DNA of 30,107 nt, taken from IMG/VR virus record IMGVR_UViG_3300031555_004811; one strand, given 5' to 3'. Positions within the stretch are counted from its first letter, which is position 1, and each line of letters starts with the position of its first letter. Positions 23,104 to 30,107 of the stretch are shown here, one piece after another. Made by a program: the position numbers and the translations under genes. Source of the DNA: a virus. The notes beneath the pieces were generated by a model. That model had not been told where the DNA came from. It searched no databases and saw nothing but the letters and a program-made list of their open reading frames with translations.

Positions 23104-24771
23104 ATGAATGTTTATTTAAATTCTGAAACAAATTTTGATAATAATGGACTAGGATTTTTAAGTTATTGTTTATCAGCTAAAGTAACAGAAGTATTAAATG
23201 GTGATATGTATCTAGAATTTACATATCCATTAAAAGGTCCACTTAATGAATATTTAGTTGAAGATAATATAGTGAAGTGTAATATTGGAAATGATAATTA
23301 TCAGTTGTTTAGAATAAAAAGAGTAACAAAAGACCTTAAGCAAATAAGTGTATATGCTATGCATATATTTTATGATTTACTAGATAATTTTATAGAAGAT
23401 ACTTTTCCACAAAATTTAGATTGTATATCTTTTGGGAACTGGATATTAGATAAAACAAATTTTGCAACGCAATTTTCTTTTTATTCTGATATAAGTGCAA
23501 ATGCAAGTGCAAGATATATAAAAAGAAATCCAATTGAATGTTTTATAGGTGATATAGATAATTCGATGGTTAATCTATTTAGAGGTGAATTAGAAAGGGA
23601 TAATTATAATATTAAGTTATTATCAAGAAGAGGAAATAATAATAATGTTAAATTGCTTTTTGGAAAAAATATTGAAGATGTGAAAGTAACTATTGATATA
23701 ACATCTATGTATACAAGAGTAATGCCAGTTGGATTTGATGGATTACAGCTTCCTGAAATTTATGTTGATAGTCCACTAATTAATAACTACTTTACTCCAA
23801 AAATAGCAAAAGTAGAATTTTCTAATATAAAGTATGATTCAGATGATGAAGAAGCATTTTCTAATTTAGAAGATGCTTATCAGGCACTAAGAAATGCTGT
23901 AAATTCTCTTTATAATGCAGGATTAGATAAACCTGAGATAAATATAAAGATTAATTGGTTAGAATTATCTAAAACAAAGGAATATGAGAAATATAAAGCA
24001 TTAGAAACAGTACATTTGGGTGATACAATAACTGCTGAAATGTTAGGATTATATTATGAAACAAGAGTAGTAAAGACTGTTTATAATGTTCTATCAGATA
24101 GAATTGAAAATTTTGAAATTGGTACTTTTAAGAAAACAATTAATTCAACAATAACTGCTAATACAAAAGCAACTGAAAATATAAATGTATCAAGTATTTT
24201 AACTGATGCATCAAACAAAGCTACTCAACTAATTACTAGTGCTATGGGTGGTTTTATTTATAAAACAAATGAAGAATTATTTATTATGGATACTGATAAT
24301 ATAGCAACTGCTCAAAAGGTATGGCGTTGGAATCTAAATGGTTTAGGTTATTCATCTACAGGAATACAAGGACCATATGATTTAGCTATAACTATGAATG
24401 GAGCAATTAATGCTAATTTTATTACTGCTGGAAAGATTCAAGCTAATTTAATAGAAGGACTTGAAGATTTAATGATATCAGTAGGAGATATGTATTATAA
24501 TTTTTCAACGCAAGAATTAGCAATAAATTCAGTAGATAGCGAAGTTAGTGCAAAGATAGATAATCAGGGTATAAAAGTATACAACTATGCTAAATTAGCA
24601 TCAGTATTTAATCATAATGGTTCAGGAGTAGATAAACTAATTGTTACAGGATCTGCACAACTTGGATATTTAAGAATTGTTAAAGGAATAAAAAACTCAA
24701 AAAAAGTAACACAAATATTTCATCTTGATAATTTAATAGAAGATTTAAATGATTTGGTAGGTGATGAATAA
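23104..24771 (+). CDS. Tail-associated protein (Tal; prophage tail endopeptidase-like N-terminal domain)
   Basis: ATG 23104 behind AGGTGA. The N-terminus NSETNFDNNGLGFL...LNGDMYLEFTYP is typical of the phage minor structural protein N-terminal region. Confidence 0.75.
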   Translation: MNVYLNSETNFDNNGLGFLSYCLSAKVTEVLNGDMYLEFTYPLKGPLNEYLVEDNIVKCNIGNDNYQLFRIKRVTKDLKQISVYAMHIFYDLLDNFIEDTFPQNLDCISFGNWILDKTNFATQFSFYSDISANASARYIKRNPIECFIGDIDNSMVNLFRGELERDNYNIKLLSRRGNNNNVKLLFGKNIEDVKVTIDITSMYTRVMPVGFDGLQLPEIYVDSPLINNYFTPKIAKVEFSNIKYDSDDEEAFSNLEDAYQALRNAVNSLYNAGLDKPEINIKINWLELSKTKEYEKYKALETVHLGDTITAEMLGLYYETRVVKTVYNVLSDRIENFEIGTFKKTINSTITANTKATENINVSSILTDASNKATQLITSAMGGFIYKTNEELFIMDTDNIATAQKVWRWNLNGLGYSSTGIQGPYDLAITMNGAINANFITAGKIQANLIEGLEDLMISVGDMYYNFSTQELAINSVDSEVSAKIDNQGIKVYNYAKLASVFNHNGSGVDKLIVTGSAQLGYLRIVKGIKNSKKVTQIFHLDNLIEDLNDLVGDE

Positions 24772-26645
24772 TGGCAATAAAATTAACTACAAATTGGCAG
24801 TCAGTAATAAATAAATCAGTATATGCTGGTGGGGTAACAACCACTTTTTATTTAGATGCAAAATATTCTACACAAGATATTGCAAATAATATTACAAAAA
24901 TTTATACAAGGTTAAGGTCAGTTGTTAATTATACAGGTGCAGGTGGAACAGATTATGAATTTACATGTTCTTATTGTACTACTAGAAAAGGTAGTGATGT
25001 ATGGTGGATAGATACTGAAACAATATTAGAAAGTCCAGAAACATCTATCACACATAATGCTGATGGTTCGAAAATATTAACATTAGCTGCAACAATGAAG
25101 ATAGGATATTTAAAACTTAATGAATCGATGAGTGTAGATGTTGAACTTCCTACAATACCAAGAGCAAGTACTATAGCAGTTAGCAATGGAAATATTGGAA
25201 GTAATGTTGCAATAAACATAGACAGAGCAAGTAATTCATTTACTCATACATTGACTTATAAATATGGTAATTTGAGTGGAACAATTGTAGAAAAAACAAC
25301 TGGTACTAATATAAATTGGAAATTACCAACAGAATTTTATGCACAAACACCAAATACAAGTTTAGTTGGTACAGTTTATTGCACAACTTATAGTGGTAAT
25401 ACTCAAATTGGTGAAACAAAGCAAGATACTTTTACTGCATATGTTGATGAAAGTACAAATCAACCTACAATATTAGGAACATCATTAATTGAAGTATATG
25501 ATAATATTTCAAGGACATTAACAGGTAATTCCTTAACAATAATAAAAGATTATAGTGAATTAAATGTAACAATAACACCTGAACTACACGCAAATGCAAC
25601 ATTAAGTGAATATAGGATAGTTGTAGGCAACCAAACAAAGACTACACAATTTAATAATATATTTAATGATGTTGCAACTAATGTAATAAATGCTTATATA
25701 AAAGATAGCAGAGGGTTTAAATTAGAAGGAAAGTATCCTTATGAATTTAGTGGTTTAAATTTATTAGATTATTTTAAACCTAAAATAACTTCAATAAATA
25801 TAAGAAGAACTGAACAAACTTCAACAGAAGTTATTGCAGATTTAAGTGGAACATATTGGAATAAATCTTTTGGAAGTATTACTAATGTAGGTTCTATACA
25901 ATATTCTTGGAGATATAAGTTAGCCAGTAGTTCTTCTTGGAATGAATGGAGTAGTTGGGCAACACTTGCAATAAGTGGTTCTGGTTTTAATTTAGCAAGT
26001 TTATCATTAGGAAGTGGATATGCAACTAATACATCATATGATTTTCAAATTAGAGTAAAAGATGCTCTTAGTAATTTAGATAGTTCACAAATAGTTGTAA
26101 GTACTAGTCAAAATGTAACAGTAAGTACACCAATTATTGAGGTATATGAAGATGCTGTGAATGTTAATGGTAGTATAATGAAAAATGGTATAGATATAGA
26201 AATGAGAACATTTGCACAAATGCACTGTGGGAATAAACAAACATTTGCTAATACCACTCTAGAAACAGTAACAGCATGGGGAAATGATAACATATCAAAT
26301 GGTGAGTTTTATTGTGACCCGATTAATAATCGAATTGTAATACCCAAAGGAAGTGCTGAATATGTTGAAATTTATGGAAATGTTGCTGGTGCTGGATATT
26401 GTAGTGGTTATTTAAGTTTATTTGACGAAAATGATAAATTAGTTAAGGAAGTACAATTTTTACATCAACATGGTGGTAATAAATACGAAGTAAACTCTAT
26501 AGCTTCAATGAAAATAAAAATTAATGATACATCAAAAACTCATTATTTAAAATTGAGTTTGGCGGGTTATAATAACACGAGCTTTGACTTAAATGCTGGA
26601 TTTGGCAACGCACAAACATTTATTGGTGCAAAAAAGATTAAATAG
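24771..26645 (+). CDS. Tail fibre / receptor-binding protein (DUF859-like N-terminus)
   Basis: 624 aa, Ser/Thr/Asn-rich and beta-rich; it is the last structural gene before the lysis cassette. Confidence 0.65.
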   Translation: MAIKLTTNWQSVINKSVYAGGVTTTFYLDAKYSTQDIANNITKIYTRLRSVVNYTGAGGTDYEFTCSYCTTRKGSDVWWIDTETILESPETSITHNADGSKILTLAATMKIGYLKLNESMSVDVELPTIPRASTIAVSNGNIGSNVAINIDRASNSFTHTLTYKYGNLSGTIVEKTTGTNINWKLPTEFYAQTPNTSLVGTVYCTTYSGNTQIGETKQDTFTAYVDESTNQPTILGTSLIEVYDNISRTLTGNSLTIIKDYSELNVTITPELHANATLSEYRIVVGNQTKTTQFNNIFNDVATNVINAYIKDSRGFKLEGKYPYEFSGLNLLDYFKPKITSINIRRTEQTSTEVIADLSGTYWNKSFGSITNVGSIQYSWRYKLASSSSWNEWSSWATLAISGSGFNLASLSLGSGYATNTSYDFQIRVKDALSNLDSSQIVVSTSQNVTVSTPIIEVYEDAVNVNGSIMKNGIDIEMRTFAQMHCGNKQTFANTTLETVTAWGNDNISNGEFYCDPINNRIVIPKGSAEYVEIYGNVAGAGYCSGYLSLFDENDKLVKEVQFLHQHGGNKYEVNSIASMKIKINDTSKTHYLKLSLAGYNNTSFDLNAGFGNAQTFIGAKKIK

Positions 26646-26666
26646 AAATGATTAAAGGAGGACATT

Positions 26667-26876
26667 ATGATAAAAGAAAAAATAAGTAAATTAATTGATG
26701 TAAAATCAATATCAACATTAACATTATTAATAACATTAGAAATAATAACTATATTAGTTTTTGCAAAAGCAAATATGGAATTAATTCAACTTGTATTTGC
26801 ATTATTTAGTAATATTGTAACAATGGTATTTACATATTTCTTTGCAAGAGCAAAGGAGGTAAGTAAGAGTGAATAA
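26667..26876 (+). CDS. Holin
   Basis: 69 aa with two hydrophobic helices and a charged C-terminus. It lies immediately upstream of the endolysin and overlaps it. Confidence 0.75.
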   Translation: MIKEKISKLIDVKSISTLTLLITLEIITILVFAKANMELIQLVFALFSNIVTMVFTYFFARAKEVSKSE

Positions 26877-27735
26877 AATAAATGCATTAAAAATATTTCA
26901 TAATTTATATGAAGATAACCCACAAAAGAAGGTATTTATTTCTAGTCCATTTGGATATAGAGAAGTAGTTAAAGATAGTAAGGGCAATGTAGTAGCAAAA
27001 AAAGGATTTCATAGAGGAATTGATTATTCAGCACAAGGCAAATCAGTCCCTTGTTATGCTGTAGAAGATGGAAAAGTGCTTAATAAAGGAAAAGATACTA
27101 CAGGTGCTAATTTTGTGTATGTATATTATCCAAAACTTGATATGGTTGGTTTATACTATCATTTGGCTAGTATTGATGTTAAGAAAAGTCAAGAAGTAAC
27201 AAAGGATACTCAAATTGGTATGCTAGGTAGAACAGGTAATGCTACAGGTATACATTTACACTTTGAATGGTATCCATTTAAAGAACATTCTAAACCATTT
27301 GAAAGTAGACAAAGAATAGACTTTGATAGTTATATTTTTCCAAATGAAGAAGAATCAAAGGGAGAAACTAAACAAGAATTAAATGAACTAAAATTTAGAA
27401 TAGGAGATAAGGTTATAATTAATGGTAATTTATATGTAAGTTCAAATGCTGAAAAAGCAACAGGTTCAGTAAAAGAAAAAATTACAAAAATTACTAGAGT
27501 AGTAAACACTGCTAAGCATCCTTACAATACAGAAGGGGATTTAGGTTGGATGGATGAGGAAGATATAACATTATATAGTGAATCAGTTGCATATATAGTA
27601 AAGCAAGGGGATAATTTATCAAGTATTGCTGAAAAGTATAATACTACTTGGCAAAAAATATATAATGATAATAGAGAAGTAATTGGGGATAATCCAAATT
27701 TAATTAAACCAGGACAAAAATTAATAATTAAGTAA
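26869..27735 (+). CDS. Endolysin: M23 peptidase plus SH3-like and LysM domains
   Basis: M23 motifs HRGIDY and GIHLHFE. C-terminal LysM YIVKQGDNLSSIAEKYNTTWQKIYNDN...IKPGQKLII. Confidence 0.9.
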   Translation: MNKINALKIFHNLYEDNPQKKVFISSPFGYREVVKDSKGNVVAKKGFHRGIDYSAQGKSVPCYAVEDGKVLNKGKDTTGANFVYVYYPKLDMVGLYYHLASIDVKKSQEVTKDTQIGMLGRTGNATGIHLHFEWYPFKEHSKPFESRQRIDFDSYIFPNEEESKGETKQELNELKFRIGDKVIINGNLYVSSNAEKATGSVKEKITKITRVVNTAKHPYNTEGDLGWMDEEDITLYSESVAYIVKQGDNLSSIAEKYNTTWQKIYNDNREVIGDNPNLIKPGQKLIIK

Positions 27736-27746
27736 GGAATAGTAAA

Positions 27747-28190
27747 ATGAAAGACATTTTAACCACAATAAATGATAACCTTACATTAATTTTAACAGGG
27801 GTTGGTATAATTGTTGCAATAACTGAAAAATGGAAAAAAATACCATTTAAACCATTTACAAGGCTATTTAAATATATTGGTAATTTATGTAGAGATGAGG
27901 AAATGCATCAAAAAGTAGATAATATGACTAATAATTTAACTGAATTACAAAAAAGACATGATGAAGATGAAATGGATAGATTAAGATATGAAATATTAGG
28001 ATTTGAGAGAACACTAAGAAATTTAAAGAAAACTGAAACAGTATCACAAGAAGAGTTTATTACAATATTTGATATGGTAGAAAAATATCATATTTTAATT
28101 GAAAAACATCATAAGATGAATAACAAGTTTGAGAAAGCACAGGAATATATAACAGAAAAATATAAAATAATGTATGGAGCAAGAGTCTAG
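27747..28190 (+). CDS. Membrane-anchored coiled-coil protein in the moron position (unknown function)
   Basis: N-terminal TM LTLILTGVGIIVAIT followed by a helical domain. It lies between the endolysin and attP and has its own terminator. Confidence 0.55.
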   Translation: MKDILTTINDNLTLILTGVGIIVAITEKWKKIPFKPFTRLFKYIGNLCRDEEMHQKVDNMTNNLTELQKRHDEDEMDRLRYEILGFERTLRNLKKTETVSQEEFITIFDMVEKYHILIEKHHKMNNKFEKAQEYITEKYKIMYGARV

Positions 28191-28215
28191 AGAGTAAAAT
28201 CTCTAGTCTTTTTTT
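28187..28215 (+). terminator. Intrinsic terminator ending the late and lysis transcription unit
   Basis: CTAGAGA-GTAAAA-TCTCTAG hairpin followed by a T-run. Confidence 0.75.
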
Positions 28216-28231
28216 GTTGATATTTAATTTA

Positions 28232-28431
28232 TTTCACATCTAGATGATTACTAAAATGATAAAAAAATAGTACAAATGACTAGGTATGAGAATATAATAA
28301 ATCCTTAATTTACCTGTATTTATAGAAACGTAAAGTATTGTAAAACTTTTCCCTTATTCTCCACCAATAGGCAATTAACCCTTATTTTATAAGGGTTTTT
28401 ATTTTTTACATCTAGTTTCACATCTAGTTTT
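28232..28431. other. Candidate attP region
   Basis: Non-coding stretch adjacent to the 3' end of int. TTTCACATCTAG is directly repeated at 28232-28243 and 28416-28427, with TTTACATCTAG at 28405-28415; these are possible arm-type sites. Confidence 0.5.
28377..28407 (+). terminator. Orphan plus-strand terminator hairpin inside the candidate attP
   Basis: AACCCTTA-TTTTA-TAAGGGTT followed by TTTATTTTTT. No phage plus-strand gene ends here. Confidence 0.5.
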
Positions 28432-29544
28432 TTATAAATTGTTTAGTAAATCTACAATTTCATCTTGTACAGTAGGGAATAGATGCATATATGTTTTTTG
28501 CATAACATCTATTGTATGGCCCATACGGTCTGATAGCATTAAAAAGAATTTAGCTGTATCAGTTTGTCCTGATTTAATATATTCATTAATGAGTAAAGAA
28601 ACATGACTATGTCTAAATTCATGCATTGTAATTTCATTTACACCTGCTAATTTAAAATATGTTTTTTTATGTCTATCTATAGTTGTTGGTGCTAAATAAA
28701 CTGGTCCTCCAAAAACAAACCAATTATCTGAATAATCTTTATATTTAATTTGATTCAATTTATATGAGTATAAACATTCTTTTAATGTTTTACTCATTTT
28801 TATTTTTCTATTTTTATTAGTTTTTGTTGAAGTAATTATTGCTTTACCTTTATTTTTAGTGCATAAAGTTTTATTTATTTTAATTTCATTGTTATTAAAA
28901 TCTACATCTTCCCATGTTAAGGCAAGTAATTCTCCTTTTCTACAACCAGTATAATATGCAGTAAGAAAAAATGCTTTCCATAATTCATCATCAATGATTG
29001 ATATAAACTGGTTAAATTCAATTAATGTAATATATCTTAATCTTTTATCATCATCAATTATATCGTTATTTTTTCTTTTAAATCTGCCAAATAGACTAAT
29101 TGGATTTATTTCTAAACCATAATTTTTAATTGAATAATCAAATATGTTCTTTAATATATTTAAAATTTTATTCATATAATCTACAGTTAAATTTAATGAT
29201 TCAAGATTTTGGGCCCATTCTCTAATATTTGATATATTTATTTTGTTAATATATTTTTTTTCAAAATGAGGTAATATATGTTTTTCATAATCTTGTCTAT
29301 ATGTATATACAGTAGATGGTTTACTATATTTTTTTAAGTTTTCAAAATATTCATCAGCAACTAAATCAAATCTAATATTTATAGGATTATCATTTTTTAG
29401 AACAAACATTGATAATGCTTTTTCACACTCTTCACGAGTTTTATATTTTTTAGAAGTATATTGTTTATTATTTTTTGATTTTCTAAAATAATAGCATCTT
29501 CCATCTTTAGTTGGAGTGCCTTTATATATCTTATTTGCTTTCAT
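28432..29544 (-). CDS. int: Tyrosine integrase
   Basis: 370 aa. Catalytic R (GCRKGE), HxxR (HEFRH), H (MGHT) and Y (KTYMHL), with an N-terminal arm-binding/SAM-like region. It lies adjacent to attP and the repressor module. Confidence 0.9.
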   Translation of the reverse strand: MKANKIYKGTPTKDGRCYYFRKSKNNKQYTSKKYKTREECEKALSMFVLKNDNPINIRFDLVADEYFENLKKYSKPSTVYTYRQDYEKHILPHFEKKYINKINISNIREWAQNLESLNLTVDYMNKILNILKNIFDYSIKNYGLEINPISLFGRFKRKNNDIIDDDKRLRYITLIEFNQFISIIDDELWKAFFLTAYYTGCRKGELLALTWEDVDFNNNEIKINKTLCTKNKGKAIITSTKTNKNRKIKMSKTLKECLYSYKLNQIKYKDYSDNWFVFGGPVYLAPTTIDRHKKTYFKLAGVNEITMHEFRHSHVSLLINEYIKSGQTDTAKFFLMLSDRMGHTIDVMQKTYMHLFPTVQDEIVDLLNNL

Positions 29545-29561
29545 TTTACCAACTCCTTTTA

Positions 29562-29590
29562 TTTACAAATAATTAATATTTTGCTATAAT
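29562..29590 (+). promoter_or_regulatory. Near-consensus extended -10 promoter facing away from int
   Basis: TTTACA 29562-29567, a 17-bp spacer, TGcTATAAT 29582-29590. Confidence 0.6.
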
Positions 29591-29596
29591 ATAAAA

Positions 29597-29712
29597 GCAA
29601 AACTTAAAAAGATAAAAAATGATTTATTCTTTTTTACCTAAATATGTTGGTTGCATATTTTAATTAAGATTTGCATTTTGATTTATGTCCCTTGGCCGAG
29701 GGGCATTTTTTT
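29597..29712 (+). ncRNA. Candidate small antisense RNA of about 115 nt (promoter-to-terminator unit without an ORF)
   Basis: It is bracketed by the promoter at 29562-29590 and a terminator (stem 29686-29693/29698-29705, loop GGCC, T7 at 29706-29712). It contains the hairpin AAATATG-TTGGTTG-CATATTT (29640-29660). Bases 29643-29661 are the exact reverse complement of 1783-1801. Confidence 0.45.
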
Positions 29713-29738
29713 GTTAAAAAAGTTATCCACCACTATAT

Positions 29739-30074
29739 TTATTTATTAATGATATTTAAAATTTCGTTACATCTATTTTCTATAATGCTAATATAATTAT
29801 TTATATCATTAGTATTTGTAATGTAAGCTTTCCAAAATAGTTCATTTTTGTTACTTTGTGCATTAAATAGTGGGTTATTATAATGTTTCAGTTTATCTTC
29901 TTTTGTAAGAAATAATTTTATCCATTTTGAATTATTTGAATATTTAAGTCTTATTAAGTCATAATTGTAAAAGGTAAGTGTAGTATATGCTGTAGATTTC
30001 TCAATAATTGAAAAGTTAGATTTATTATATTTGTCAAATATTTTAATCCAATTTTCTAATATTTTTTTTCTAAA
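29739..30074 (-). CDS. Main body (111 codons) of the frame-interrupted gene between the repressor and int; no in-frame start codon
   Basis: Hand translation gives FRKKILENWIKIFDKYNKSNFSIIEKSTAYTTLTFYNYDLIRLKYSNNSKWIKLFLTKEDKLKHYNNPLFNAQSNKNELFWKAYITNTNDINNYISIIENRCNEILNIINK, then a stop. The frame contains no ATG, GTG or TTG. It continues from the 76..150 segment after a -1 shift in the A8 run. It spans the contig junction, so the ORF track misses it. Confidence 0.45.
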   Translation of the reverse strand, partial: FRKKILENWIKIFDKYNKSNFSIIEKSTAYTTLTFYNYDLIRLKYSNNSKWIKLFLTKEDKLKHYNNPLFNAQSNKNELFWKAYITNTNDINNYISIIENRCNEILNIINK

Positions 30075-30107
30075 TTATAGTTGTTGTTTTTTATGTTTTC
30101 TTTTTTT
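29981..30107. repeat. Right copy of the exact 127-bp terminal duplication (same as 1..127)
   Basis: Read directly; identical to bases 1-127. Confidence 0.95.

Larger units (their letters stand above)
1..29980. mobile_element. Complete temperate siphovirus (phage/prophage) genome, circularly closed
   Basis: It has a full set of lysogeny, replication, packaging, head, tail and lysis modules. The identical 127-bp ends close the circle, and no flanking host genes are visible. Confidence 0.85.

Noticed and set aside
29619-29663. A 14-codon ATG frame (MIYSFLPKYVGCIF) inside the candidate sRNA.
   Set aside because: There is no Shine-Dalgarno sequence upstream, and the frame runs through the hairpin. 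It is too short to support as a gene.
29981-30107. The terminal duplication as an IS/LTR end or a packaged direct terminal repeat.
   Set aside because: The duplication is direct, exact and 127 bp long. It interrupts a gene, and the gene set (HNH, P27-like terS, C/G-tract spacer) points to cos packaging at about 13.1 kb. I read it as an assembly overlap, but this cannot be fully excluded without reads.

Overview
The window is a complete temperate siphovirus genome from a very AT-rich, Firmicutes-type host. Bases 1-127 repeat exactly at 29981-30107, so the contig closes on itself with about 29,980 bp of unique sequence. All protein calls rest on motifs I recognise by eye; no database search was possible.

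Gene order:
- Lysogeny module on the minus strand: tyrosine integrase, a frame-interrupted orf that crosses the contig junction, and a LexA-like CI repressor.
- Divergent consensus promoter with operator repeats, then a Cro-like gene and a second HTH gene.
- An ORF-free, structured region of about 400 nt (1415-1811).
- Early genes: small xis-like DNA-binding protein, replisome organizer with internal iterons, G39P-like helicase loader, a second Xer-like tyrosine recombinase, an HNH endonuclease, HD and MazG nucleotide hydrolases, and a divergent ThyX-like protein with a Cys cluster.
- Late regulator, then a 256-nt leader ending in two tandem terminators.
- Late operon: tail assembly chaperone G/GT (displaced from the tail module), HNH, candidate cos, terS, terL, portal, protease, HK97-type capsid, connectors, tail tube, tape measure, Dit, Tal, fibre.
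- Holin, M23/LysM endolysin, a membrane-anchored moron and candidate attP.

Most interesting signals:
1. A promoter-plus-terminator bracketed, ORF-free unit of about 115 nt next to int. Its hairpin loop and flank are the exact reverse complement of the sequence abutting the Shine-Dalgarno of two early genes. This suggests a c4-like antisense immunity RNA or a shared cis-element.
2. The 400-nt ORF-free region carries mutually exclusive pairing segments and two boxes antisense to the capsid-gene leader and terminator.
3. A gene between cI and int is interrupted at an A8 tract and is split by the linearisation point.
4. A ThyX-fold protein has RHH in place of RHR plus a ferredoxin-like Cys motif.
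5. The tail chaperone pair is displaced and needs a +1 or -2 frameshift.
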